From positions 115,072,001-115,136,000 of the forward strand of contig OZ024743.1 in NCBI GenBank assembly GCA_964016885.1: a stretch of DNA of 64,000 bases, given 5' to 3'. Within the stretch, counting starts at the first letter, position 1, and the number at the start of each line of letters is the position of its first letter. The DNA is from Eledone cirrhosa (taxonomy: Eukaryota). Below, piece by piece: positions 38,330 to 51,519 of the stretch. The position numbers and the translations under genes are program-made. The notes under the pieces are model-generated. The model made no database searches. It was given only the letters and a program-made list of their open reading frames with translations, and had not been told where the DNA came from.

Positions 38330-41300
38330 GGAGGGTGATATTGCTGTAGTAATATTGCCAGAAATTATAACAGAACACACTCACTGTTGGTTGGTTTTCG
38401 CTTCTGTATCTTTTATATCTCCACAGTTAATTCATTCGGTCCTCAATGTTTATCATTGACTGACCAACGGTCAAATATACAGATATAATATAGATATAAA
38501 CACATATATATATAGTCTTACAAATTTCTTTCGTTGCACATCTGCAACATCATCAGTGGTACTATTATGTTCCTCCTGTTGTATTGTATATCTACGCCAT
38601 TTTTATTTTATCTGTTTATTTTTTTAGTCTTCTTCTCTGTGCATGTGTGTATAGTGTTTGTTGTGTGTTCGCGTTTCGGTGACTGTGTTTTGGTTATTGT
38701 ATTCTACCTTAGTTTACTAGTGTGTGTTTATATGTGTTTGTTGTTATTGTACTTGTGTATATGTATATTTATTTATTTATTTATTTACTTATATTTCTCT
38801 TACGTCAGTATTGTTTGTTTGGGTGTTGTTATTCCATTAATTCTTTCTGTTTAGCTTTGGCCTTCTAAGCTCTATTAGGCTTGCCTCTCTGATTTGCCTA
38901 TCTGCTGGGTCATTTTTATGTTTAGATATTATTTTAATTTCTATGTTATCTATGTTACCGTCATGTTGTTGTTTGGCGTGTTCGTATAGTACTGAACCGT
39001 TTTTTCGTCCTTTTAGTGTTGGTCTATCCTTTCTCCTATGCTACGAGCTGTCTCGCCTATGTATGTTGTTGTCATGTTTCTGCAAGTACCCTCTGTACAT
39101 CTTATGCTATAGACTACGTTTATAGTTTTACAGTTTATCCGGGGGTCTACTTTACATATAACACATTTCCTATTAGTACAGTGGGTTTCCTTAAAAGGGT
39201 ATGTTTTGATGGTCAGGGATTTTATGGTGGTTCCTGGCTTTTCTACCACTTTAATCTTTAAGTGGGTCTTTCTCAGGGCCTTTCTACACTGGTTAGCTAA
39301 TTTCCCTCCAGGGGTAGCGTCCACGAACATGACACTCTGGTATCTTTGGTTGTCGTACTATGAGGTGGCTTTCCCTATCTTTGTTTAGTCCTATCTAAGC
39401 TATTCCAAAATTTGCTCCTGTATAATGGGAAAATTTCTTTCATCTTCAGTTTTATGAGGGTCATATACTTCTCCGTGGCTCTTTAGTATACTCTGATTCT
39501 GTCTCTTTGGTTGTAGCCAGAGAACTGCATGCGGTTGATGGAGTGTTGGATGTGTCTTTCCATTTCTGTTGGGTCGCACATGCGGGACACGTTCTTCATC
39601 ACCCGTACCAAGTCTGCGATCAGAATATTAAACTTAGCTGAGTTTTTGAGTAGCAGGTATTTGGAGGCTATGCGTTTGTAGTTACCTACATTCTGCGGGC
39701 TCACATACATTCTCTGTGCGTGATTTGGCTCAGCTCAGCCAATCAGCGCCAGTAGAAGAGGATGTATCCCTACGCGTTCTGAGGGAGAAATAGCCCGCAA
39801 AGATTTGAGGACGCTATGACTCGCAGCTGGACCATGCTAAGGTAAAACACGCTTGTTCTTTTGCTCCGTAAGCACAAACACTATGTAACGACCAAACATT
39901 ACCTACGAGCCTGGCCAAACGCCTTCAGCCAGTCGACCGTATTTTCTCTTGTAATCTTAATTGAATTATTTCATTTCTCTTGGCATGCCAGCCTAATTCA
40001 CTTCTTAACCTTGGTTAATAAAGAATGTAAAAACAAGCTAAAGTCGTTGTCGATATTCCTATCATATCTTTCTACCAAACCTGGTTCCTCGTGGCGACAT
40101 TACAACTCTCTAAATCTAACTCTCTGCGAAATTGGTGACAATATACCTACACCAAATTGGTGACCCTCGACGATTAAGTATGAAAACGCAGCCTATTCGA
40201 ATTCGCCATTCGTTTTAATGGCTATGTGGAGTGGCTTAACATTTGAAATGTTCGAATCGGGTAGCTAGACTCACTTTGCGTAAGTCCATGAAATTCATAA
40301 TATTCCATTTGTTTAAGCACGCGGCCTGCACAATATTTATGTCATAACTTTCATGGTAACACTAGTAACTCACGTATACAGACAAAAATACAACACAAAA
40401 AAAAAATTAATTTAAAAAAAAAAGGATTTCTCTGGATGTGGAATTTTGCTTTCGGCGTTCTGTTGAAATTACAAATGGAGACTCAGAAATTTTGTTTTCC
40501 CGCGTACAGCTTGTCTTCTCCAATCCCAGCCGTATGATTGGCTGCATCGTGCCACATGACGGCTTCTTCATCACAGGCGCATTTTTCAATCGGCCATTTG
40601 GCGAATAATTTTCATGGAGAATAATTTTTTTTGTTGTTCGAATTTTCTTTCGAATATTTTTAGAAAAAAAATTAGCAGTATTTCAAAAACTTTACGCCAC
40701 GAGGAAATTTCAAAACGGCTATCACCAAGTACCACCCATCAGCAGCAACACATGGCTTACTATTAATCAACACCAGGGAACAGCTTGTAACTTTACCGAC
40801 GCAACCACCATACCTTCTGTCTCGTTACCACAAGGACTTGAGAAATTAAGACATTAGTTTTCTCACCATTATGGCGTCAGACGTGGCGGCCATATTGGTG
40901 ACTCTGCGTTCTTCAACGCTCGACTTCTACTATACAGAAGATTCATTGTGACTTTGCTTTAATAACAACAGCAACTCTACTAGCTCCCTAGTAAGAGCGT
41001 TTCCAAAGAAAACAGAAGCGAACTTTTTGTTAAAAGAAAAGAAACAATTCTTTCTTTCTTCCTTTTCTTTTTCAGGCATTTATTTTGGACATTTATTTTT
41101 TTTTAAACTGTATTATATGAAAATTCATTTCTCTCTATCATTGTATATGTGACCGCACGCACACATTTTCTTTGCTGTATTACATGCCTGCATATATACA
41201 CACACCAACATCTTGTTGTCTATGGAATGTGATCTTCAAGTGTCGTAATATTCTGCGAGATCCCTTTCCACCTTCTAGAGGTACCAAAACATGCTATCGA

Positions 41301-43865
41301 CACTTGCAGCTTAATTCACCTGCACCGCAACACGAGAATGCTAATTGCAGCTGAACTCAAACAGTTTCGCATCTCGTTGCACATTCATCGTCCATAACAA
41401 CCTCTATCTTGTTATTTTACCCAACTCACCGGGAAAACAACAAATATAACTGGAATTGTCAGCATTTCCACCACTTCTGTGGATTCGCCCGAATTGTGGG
41501 ACTGCTACCCACCTACAGATTCAGCTTGCTTTTTTTCTTATCAAAGCAACCAGCCATTTTTTCCTGGCTCCCTAGCACATTCGACAATACATCTGGTAGG
41601 CCAACATTTTCTCGCCTACCCATCATCTTCTTGCCAGCACTGGTAAACTACCATAATAGCTTCGTCCACAGCTACTGGTACAACACTTACCATTAACATT
41701 TAATGCAAGAACACCAACTTCGCCCATGTCAGACTTTATCTGTTTTCTGGTAGACCTTTGGTGGTCACGTATAAACTACAAAACAGCTAGTCATTTGACA
41801 GCGGCTCAACACGGCCCGTCGCGCCTCATTTTTTTTCTTGCATGCATCTTTCTGCTCAATTATCTTTCCACTGATGTGCTCTTTCAGCATTTGTTCTTAC
41901 TGATTCAATAATCTGTGGGTCCTCGGCTTCATTGTTAACGATTTTCGGCTAAAAATCTGCTCGGAGGTGATGTAGTGACCTACATCCCGCGGGCTCACAT
42001 ACATTCTGTGCGTGATTTGGCTCAGCTCAGCCAATCAGCGCCAGTAGAAGAGGATGTATCTCTACGCGTTCTGAGGGAGAAATAGCCCGCAAAGATTTGA
42101 GGACGCTATGACTCGCAGCTGGACCATGCTAAGGTAAAACACGCTTGTTCTTTTGTTCCGTAAGCACAAACAATATGTAACGACAAAACATTACCTACGA
42201 GCCTGGCCAAACGCCTTCAGCCAGTCGCCCGTATTTTCTCTTGTGATCTTAATTGAATTATTTCATTTCTCTTGGCATGCCAGCCTAATTCACTTCTTAA
42301 CCTTGGTTAATAAAGAATGTAAAAACAAGCTAAAGTCGTTGTCGATATTCCTATCATATCTTTCTACCAAACCCGGTTCCCCGTGGCGACATTACAACTC
42401 TCTAAATCTAACTCTCTGCGAAATTGGTGACAATATACCTACACCAAATTGGTGACCCTCGACGATTAAGTATGAAAATGCAGCCTATTTGAATTCGCCA
42501 TTCGTTTTAATGGCTATGTGGAATGGCTTAACATTTGGAATGTTCGAATCTGGTAGCTAGACTCACTTTGCGTAAGTCCATGAAATTCATAATATTCCAT
42601 TTGTTTAAGCACGCGGCCTGCACAATATTTATGTCATAACTTTCATGGTAACACTAGTAACTCACGTGTACAGACGAATACAAAAATACAACACAAAAAA
42701 AAAATTAATTAAAAAAAAAAAGGATTTCTCTGGATGTGGAATTTTGCTTTCGGCGTTCTGTTGAAATTACAAATGGAGACTCAGAAATTTTGTTTTCCCG
42801 CGTACAGTTTGTCTTCTCCAATCAAAGAATGTAAAAACAAGCTAAAGTCGTTGTCGATATTCCTATCATATCTTTCTACCAAACCTGGTTCCTCGTGGCG
42901 ACATTACAACTCTCTAAATCTAACTCTCTGCGAAATTGGTGACAATATACCTACACCAAAGGTTTAGCATAGTGTGAGTGGAAAATTTGGGCTCTCTCGT
43001 CTATAGTGTTAATCGAGAGTTCCGTGTCTAATACAGGTAGTCTACTGTTAGGGTGTGTGTTTAGAAGGGTAGTCGATAGTTACAGTTATACTCTGGTGTA
43101 TGGAGTAAGCTGTCTGCTGGATGCTTTCCATTGTGTTATATTCTAAATCATACTTGTTAGTAGTCCCTTGTGGGGTGTCCTTATTAATATATTAATATAG
43201 TCTACGTAACGAGAGTACATGATGAGGCCTATGGCGCTCTCATCAAGGAGATCTTTGAGTCTCCTTTCCCACCATATCATAAAAAGTTTGGCAACGTCAC
43301 CAGCTATGCTGACGCCAGTGGCTGCTCCCTCATTTTGGGTGTAGATCTCGTTGAATTTGAATATGTGGCCCTTTAGGGTAGTTTTAATACTAGCCCCTAT
43401 TGCATGCGCGACCATTTTTCTTACCTTATCATTGTTTTGGGTGCTCCGTATGGCTTTGGTCCACCCAATCCATCTTCCCATGGGAGTCTTTTTTGCCATT
43501 GAGGTTATGGTTGGGGGTCTACATCTTATGGGTCTACTGGGGCAGAAACGACTAAGGTCATGGCTGTCTAGTTAGTCGGTGTCATAGGCAAGTCTAAGTA
43601 GGAGGCCCAGCTCTGTGTCGACGTCGCAGAACTCCACCACACTCTCACTGATCATATCCACACATTTTTCCACAGCAAAATCAATGTTAATGGATGGGTA
43701 GAGTAATACAACGTCCATACTGCCGTCCATATTATGCAGTTAGATAGGTTTTTGTTTTTATTACATTCATTGATTCTGCGGAGGAGGTCCTCTCTACTGT
43801 CACATGCATCTGGGGACATCTTGATTATGGGGCGTATAACCATTGAGAGGAAGTAGGAGATTCTA
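38330..43865 (-). mobile_element. Penelope-like retroelement (RT plus GIY-YIG), degraded and split by an LTR insertion
   Basis: RT: YTQNEGAATG..AKLFM..YSRYVDY (43143-43499). Thumb HYAKP|IASKYLL is interrupted at 39676/42961. GIY-YIG: CKTINVVYSIRC..TYIGETARSIGERIDQH (39013-39330). Confidence 0.85.
39677..42960 (+). mobile_element. Non-autonomous LTR retrotransposon with 2 full LTRs and 1 partial LTR
   Basis: LTRs at 39677-40156 and 41971-42448 (TGTAG...CTACA ends, CCAAT, AATAAA), partial LTR at 42824-42960. PBS TGGTGACCCTCGACG follows both full LTRs. Purine tract GGAGGTGA precedes LTR2. 4-bp TSD cgtt/ggtt. No gag/pol. Confidence 0.85.
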
Positions 43866-46800
43866 CGATCCGCGATGCCTTTACAAACCGCCTCGTCTAA
43901 TTTGCTAACTAGTCCTCCCTCTGCTCTATTTTTCTCTATTACTAACGCCTTACTAACCCTAATGGACTCTATTCTAATCGCTCTATTCAGGGCAAACCAC
44001 CATTTGTTGTTCACGATGGCCCCCGTCAGCGCCCGCTTAACTATTTTGCTAATCCAGTCTCTGTAGGCTTTCCGCACTGTTAACGACGCGTTTAGCTTCC
44101 AGTAGCCGGGTTCCTGTCTATCAAGCCTATCTAAGTCAACCACACAGATCATGAATTTGTGGTCCGTGTAGTCGACTATCTTGAATTGTGGACAGCCTAT
44201 GCTAGACCTATCTATTTCCCTACAAAATACCCTATCTAGATATGATCTGGATGACCCGATACGGTTTGTCCATGTCCACATTGGCACATTCGGGAAATCC
44301 AGAGGGTACCTGTCAGACAGTTGAAAATGTCTGCGAGGCTTTTACACCCTTCTCCCCTATCCGCTATTCTCACACAGTCCAACCGTGCATCTAAGATCCC
44401 GTTCCAGTCGTCCACTAACACTAAAGAGCGGGACGTTTCAAGAAAGGTCTCCAGATATCGGAAGAAGTCAGGCCGTCCAGCGCCTGTCGGAAAGCTTGCC
44501 CGTCTCCGATGGTCACGTCCAGCACGACCAATTACCTTCTGGGTCCAGGAAGATGGCCCGAATGGCGTCCGAAATAACACAGCAACTCCTCCCCCGATCC
44601 TGGACGGCTGGGAGATGCGTAAACATCATAGCCGCGGAAGATCGGTGCGAAGGCTTGTGCTTCGGAGATTCTGGTCTCGCCGATGGCCACCACATCTATG
44701 TTTAATGAGCTGAGCTCGTCGAGCAGGTCGCCCTGTTTCCATGACGACCCCAGGCCATGCGCATTTAGGCTACCTATTCTGAGTAAGGCCAAGTTTGGAA
44801 AAAGATGCGAATGTCCACTTACCTCACTTCTTGTGGAAGAAGGATGGTTTTTCCGTCTTCCTCACTGTTTGTAGCCCCCTCTGGAAGGATGTCTTTATAA
44901 ATCCTCCTGGAATGAGTTTGTCGGAAGTCTCTGACGTCCTTGGGGAGTTTTGATTTTAGTGTCGTGTATGTTTTCTGTGTGATGCGAGTGATTTGTATGT
45001 GTGTGGGTGGTGTGAATTTTTGGGGTGTTGTATAGTTTTTTTCTGTGATGCTTGTGTTGTGTTGGATGTAGTGTAATAATTGGTTGTTGTTCAAATGTAA
45101 TGCTGTGTAGTGTGTATCGTTTTGGTTGCTTTGTTTTGTTTGCGTTTGTTGTGGGTTTGTTTCTGTTTCGCTTGTTGGTGATTTTTGTGGTATTGGTGAT
45201 GGTGGTGTTGGGGTTAATGATGGTGATGGTGTTGGTGTTTGTGGTGATGGTGCTGATGTGCTGGTGTGGGTGGTGACATAGCTGTCTTACCTTGTTTGTT
45301 ATTCTGTTTGTTTCGCCCTGCATTTTGTTTTTGGAGGGCGAAGGAAGAGGATTCTTTTCTTTTTTGGTTTCTTTTTTTTTTCTTTTTTCCAGATACAGTT
45401 TCCCACTCCTCCCCGTCGTCACAATCTGTCTCCAGTTGCGATAGGTCGGGGAGTGGAAAATACTCCACAGGCGTTGGTTTTGGTTGTAGCGTGGTGGAAG
45501 GTGGAGGCGCTGGTGCTAATTCTGGCGTGGTGGGTGGTGGTGTTGTTGGTTTTGCTACTGCTGCTGCTACAGTTGCTGGGGTTTTTGCTGTTACAGTTGC
45601 TTCTGTTGTTGCTGCTACAGTTGTTGCTGCTATTTCTGCTGCTGGTTTTGAGGGTTGAGTCACTGGGGTGGGCAGGAGAGGTGGCTTCAACTTTTTAGCC
45701 TAAGGGCAGAAAGCCTTTAGGTGGGTTCCTTCGCCACAAACGACACACCTAGGCTTTATACCCTCAACGATTACGGTGAGGTGGCTGCCGTCATTGAGGT
45801 CTATCACCTCTGGAATTTCCTGTATGTTTTTTTGGTCCGCTTGGATCACGCGCTCCATCCCAGATCCGGACCAGTTCGCCTGCTTTACTTTTATCACCTC
45901 AATTACTTTAGTGTCGGTCTCGATGTCGGCGAGGACGGCAGCCATTAGCCAGGGAATTGCAATGGCCGGCGGAACCTGGGTCACCCTGATCCCTATCAGT
46001 CTCTGACGACAATAGCTTGGGACGAGTGTGAACTCGTCACTTTTTAATGGGGCCATGGAGTGCTCTCTTGCTTCCTGTTGGGTTCCAAATAACACGTCCA
46101 CGGTTCCATATTTTTGCCCACGCCTGATGTGGGTGTTTTGAACCCACACATGACCCAAAGCTTTTTGTATCTGGGACTCGGATGCCTGTTCCACTCGGCG
46201 TGTATTAATGTTTATCGTGCGATATGGCAGGGTGCATAGGCGCCGATGCTCCATGGTATTAGATGGAGGGGCGGAGGGGGGGGATGATCCTGTAACCGTA
46301 TTTTTTTACCATTCGCTTGGCTTCATTGAATTCTTCCTGGGTTACGTCAACCGTTTTTGTTTGCCGCTTTAGCAAACAACACATTTGGTTTTGTGCTGGT
46401 GTTGTTGTGTTGTTGCTGTTGATATTGTTATTTTTGTTATTATTATTTTTAGTTTCAGTTGTGGTGGTGGTGGTGGTGGTGTCAGTGGCGTTCGGCGTGG
46501 AAGAGTCGATTTTAGGAGAATCCATTTCGATATCACGAGATAATTCATTTTTTGTTTCAGTTGTTGCTGTGGTGGTGGTGGTGGTATCAGTGGTGTTGGT
46601 TGTTCTTTTTGACATTGTGGTGGTGGGGATGGCGGCTTTAACACCAGTATATATTGGTAATGGCGGGAAATCCATGTCTGTATGTGACAAATCTAAATAA
46701 TTGCCACTGCTGTTACTTATATTTTCAGTGTTGGCAACCATAGCAACGTTTGCAATGGTGGTGGTGGTGGGTGTTGTTTGTCTGTTAGAAAAGCTGTCAG

Positions 46801-47034
46801 AATATTTTGGTAGCTGAATGCCGTTTTTTTTTTCAAAGAAATTTTTTATTTGATAAATATAAAGTTTAAATTTTGGGCTCAAGGCCCCAACATTATTGAG
46901 TTCCTTTACATAAAGCAATATATGTGAACTTATAAATACTTAACAACAACAATTTTCCATAACTGGCAATTTGAAACAACTGAAAACAACAAAACTTTGT
47001 GGAGCTCACGATAATACGATTTCCTACGTAGGTC

Positions 47035-47037
<3 letters not shown>
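43866..47037 (-). mobile_element. Tx1/L1-clade LINE, 5' half only (ORF1 plus APE endonuclease)
   Basis: ORF1 pieces include a CVVCGEGTHLKAFC knuckle and WETVSGKKKKK. ORF2 has LRIGSLNAHGL..DVVAIGET, LVDDWN, TWTN..SYLDRVF, TDHK and GYWKLN. RT is missing. Confidence 0.85.

Positions 47038-47089
<52 letters not shown>
47038..47089. repeat. (TAA)n microsatellite; further tracts at 49747-49773 and 51487-51513
   Basis: Seen directly. The tracts bracket the two Dong-like LINEs. Confidence 0.95.
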
Positions 47090-47090
<1 letters not shown>

Positions 47091-49746
47091 GGACAATAAT
47101 ATGTTCAAAAACAACCAACGAAACTTCTACAGAAAAATTGGTAAGTCAACAATAACTGCTAAATCAATACCACCCAAGGAGGAAGTGCAAGAATTCTGGG
47201 AAGAGATCTGGGCCGAAGAAAAAGTTCATAACATACATGCCCCATGGAGAGACAGACAAATGAAAGATACAGCTCACCTTGAGGAACAAATATGGGAAAA
47301 TATAACAGTTGAACAGTTGCGCTTGGCTCTAAGAAAAACCAGCAAATGGAAATCCCCAGGAAAAGACAAAATACAAAACTTTTGGATAAATGCCTTCACA
47401 GAGTCTCATGAGCTGTTAGCTCAACTTTACAATGAAATAGTTAAGGAGCCAGAAAAGATACCATCATGGCTAGTTAACGGCATTACATTCCTGCTTCCAA
47501 AGAATGATGAGACAAACAATCCCCAAAATTACAGACCGATAACTTGCTTGACCACAATGTATAACATTTTAACATCAGTCCTAACTGAATACACATATGA
47601 CCACCTGATAACAAATGACCTATTTCCCATTGAGCAGAAAGGGTGTAAACGAGGCTCATATGGCTGTAAGGATCAGCTTCTGGTTAACAAAACGATACTG
47701 GAAGATTGTCATAATAGACACAAAAATCTATCGATTGCTTGGATAGATTATAAAAAAGCATTCGATAGTTTGCCACACAGTTGGATTGAAAAATGTTTAG
47801 AGATTTTCAAAATATCCCCCGTTGTCAGGAGGTTTTTGTCATTCAGTATGAAGACATGGAAAACGACACTCCTTTTGAATAGTGAAACAAAATCACTGGA
47901 AGCTGGAGAAGTTAATATTAATTGTGGAATTTTTCAGGGTGACTCTTTATCACCGCTTTTATTCTGCATCGCACTTATACCATTAAGTAAAATGCTCAAT
48001 GAAACAAAACATGGATATAAAGTCTATGACAAAACCATTAATCACCTGTTCTACATGGATGACCTGAAACTATTTGCAAAAAATGATGAACAATTGCGAG
48101 GGCTATTATCCACTGTGAAGCAGTTCAGTGATGACATTAAAATGGAGTTTGGACTAGATAAATGCGCCAAAGCAACGTTCACCAGAAGAAAGCTGCTGAA
48201 GAGTTCAGACATTAATCTTGATCGGGGGAACGTGATAAGAGAACTTGATCAAGAAAGAACTTACAAATATCTAGGTGTTTGTGAAGGAGACGGAATCAAG
48301 CACTCGACAATGAGGGAAAGGATAAGGAAGGAATGTTACCGGAGAGTAAGAGCAATCTTAAGAACGGAATTGAATGCAAGGAATAGGATCGATGCCATAA
48401 ACACGCTTGCCATACCAGTAGTAACTTACAGTTACAATGTCATCAACTGGTCAAGCACAGAGATCCGTAGGCTCGATACAAAAATTCGAAAATTCTTAAC
48501 CATGCACAGAATGCATCACCCTAAGGCAGATATAGATAGAATATATCTCCCTAGGAAAGAAGGAGGACGTGGGTTAATCCAGTTAGACATTGCGTTGAAA
48601 ACTGCAACAATTGGATTATCTACATATCTAAGGGAATCACATGATTGGATGATCAAACTCGTTTTGAAACACGAAAGCATCAAAAGATCATATTCCATTA
48701 CAAAAGATGCACAAAGATACAGTAATGGACTACAAATTTCAGAAGCCCCATTTACTGCTGAAATGGAAAACACAGAAAAAGCAAAGCAGGTAAAAGTAAC
48801 TGCAAAGAAAGAACTGCTACAGCAACTGGCTAAGAAATGGCAAGAAAAGCCTCTGTATGGAAAATACCCAGAGCGAGCTAACAATCCTGATGTTGACAAA
48901 ACTTTAACCCATCAGTGGTTGGCATCCTCTGGACTGAAATCGGAGACTGAAGGACTGGTTATATCGGCACAAGATCAGTGTCTGCCAATAAAAATTTACC
49001 AAGCCAACATAATAAAAAATGGGTGCAGCCCATTATGCCGTGTATGCACAAAACAACCAGAGACCATTGACCATATAATTTCAATGTGCAGTCCTATAGC
49101 TCCAACCGAATACCTAAACAGGCATGACAGAACTGCACAATACATACATTGGATAATGTGTAAGCATTTTGACCTGCCCCATCAAAAGAATTGGTTGGAG
49201 CATCAACCACCTCCCAAACTTGAAAAAGATCACATCTCAATCTTGTGGAACTTTAGCATCCAAACAGACCGAAAAATAGATGCAAATAGACCTGATATAA
49301 TATTGAAGGACTTTCAAAAGAGGGTATGCCTGCTAATTGATATGTCTGTTCCAATAGACAAGAATGTAGCTATAAAAACATTTGAAAAATTGAGCAAGTA
49401 TAAGGACCTGGAGATAGAAATTTGAAAGATGTGGAAATTGAGAACTAAAACAATACCAGTGGTTGTAGGCGCTCTGGGAATGATACCTAATGGGTCTAAT
49501 GACTACTTATCGCAAATCCCAGGAAACCCGCGTATAGGAGAAATACAAAAGATAGTACTAATGGGAACTGCCCATATACTAAGGAAGATTCTGTCAATAT
49601 AATTACATCACAAGTCTAAACACTAAAGATGCATGTATGAATATGTATGTTCTTTCTTGAACATGGCGGACCTTGTTGTCTCTTGAGGTCACTGGTTGTG
49701 ACTTGGTGATAACTCGTATGAACATAAAGCAAGATAAATGCAACTG
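47090..49746 (+). mobile_element. R4/Dong-like LINE, 5'-truncated, young
   Basis: 774-aa ORF with NYRPITCL, DYKKAFDS, GIFQGDSLSP, YMDD, CRVC..H..C, RHD and NRPD..D. A single in-frame TGA is at 49423 and the frame continues to TAA at 49602. Confidence 0.93.
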
Positions 49747-49773
49747 TAATAATAATAATAATAATAATAATAA

Positions 49774-51486
49774 TATCTTCAAGGTGGCAGATAACATCAG
49801 ACAGTTGTTGGGCAAGAGTATGAGGTCCTGGGAAACAGAGTTGACATCAACTGGAGAATCCCTGTTGTTTGTCCTTGCCCTGATGCCCCTGACCAGTGTA
49901 CTGCGAAAAGTGAGAGCAGGATACGGGTTGGGAAAGGGAGGGCTTACCATCAATAACCTCCTCTTCAAGGACGATCTTAAGCTCTTCGGGAAGAGTGAGA
50001 AGGAGTTGGATGTGCTTGTTGACAGCGTCCGTATTTTCAGCAGTGATATATGTATGCAGTTTGGTATTAGTAAGTGTGGATTCATTGTGATGAGGAGGGG
50101 TAGGTTGAGCAGAAGTAACGGAATCCAGATACCAACAGGTGAGATGATAAAGGAAATTGACTCTGAGGAAGGATACAAGTATTTGGGCGTTCTGGAGGCT
50201 GATGGCATAAAGAACAAAAAAATGAAGGAATTGTTAAGAACTGAATACATTCGGAGAGTAGGGAGCGTATTGAAGTCACATCTAAACAGCAGAAATGCCA
50301 TAAGCGCAGTAAATTCCCGAGCTGTGTCTATTATTAGGTACAGTGCGGGAATTCTGAGATGGAATGTTGCTGAACAAAAAGAAATGGATAGGAAGACTAG
50401 GAAGCTATTGACTATCTACAACATGTTCCACAAGAGGAGTGATGTCGATAGACTCTACCTAAGGAGATCTGAGGGTGGAAGAGATCTTATCAGCATAGAG
50501 GACTGTGTTCAGATGGAGAAAAACAACCTACACAAATACGTGACTGATAGTAAGGAGCCAATGCTCAGAACTGTACTGAAGGAGGGGACAATAGGTCAGG
50601 GGATGTCCAAGGAGGAAATAACATCAATGAGAAAGAGCAGTCTTCAGGAAAAATCCCTTCATAGTACCTTCTTTGAGAAAACTGAATTTAGAGATCCACA
50701 GACATGGAACTGGTTGAGAAGAGGAGACCTTAAAAAGGCTACAGAAGGAATGTTAATGGCTGCGCAGGAGCAGGCCCTCAAAACGAAGTGGTTGAAACAC
50801 CATATTTACAAGGAGGAGGCTAGCCCACTGTGTAGGATCTGTGGAGAGAGAGAGGAGACTGTGGCTCACATTGTATCCGAGTGTAAACACCTAGCCCAGA
50901 CCCACTATAAAGGCTGGAGACATTATGTGATGGGCAGGGTGATCCACTGGCACCTGTGCAAAGTAAACAATTTACCACATTCTGAGAAATGGTATGAGCA
51001 TAAGCCAGAGGCGGTGATGGAGAACGATGAGGTGAAGGTGCTGTGGGATTTTAGGATACAGACGGACAAGAAACTGGAACACAATAGACCTGACCTGGTG
51101 GTTGTGGACAAAGAAAAAGATTGTGTCTGATTGTGGATGTGGCCTGCCCATTCGACACGAGAGTGCAAGAGAAGGAGAGGGAGAAAATTAACCGATACCA
51201 GGACTTAAAGTGGGAGGTAAAAAGGATTTGGAACTGCCGTGAAGTCAAAGTGATCCCGATTGTCATAGGCGCACTGGGGACTATCTCCAAAAGTTTCCAG
51301 GGATGGTTAAAGAAAATCGGCCCCTTCACGCTTTTTGGAATGCTTCAAAAAGCATGCTTGCTGGGAACAGCAAGAACCCTCCGATACGTCCTGAATATCT
51401 GAGGCTGCAGGTAGTGGCTTGATATTCATTCCAACGGACTTTCCAGTTAACTAACATCAATGACTGTGATTCAAGGAATAACAACA
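49774..51486 (+). mobile_element. Second R4/Dong-like LINE (different subfamily), truncated with an internal deletion
   Basis: FKDD, YKYLG, CRIC..H..C, HNRPD and PIVIGALG. A deletion near 49858 removes the QGD motif. Frameshift at ~51125. Confidence 0.9.
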
Positions 51487-51519
51487 ATAATAATAATAAT
51501 AATAATAATAATAACTACA

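Noticed and set aside
43652-44287. 211-aa ORF as a novel fusion protein
   Set aside because: Chance in-frame join of a Tx1 endonuclease tail to a PLE RT fragment at ~43865. Both parents are frameshifted.
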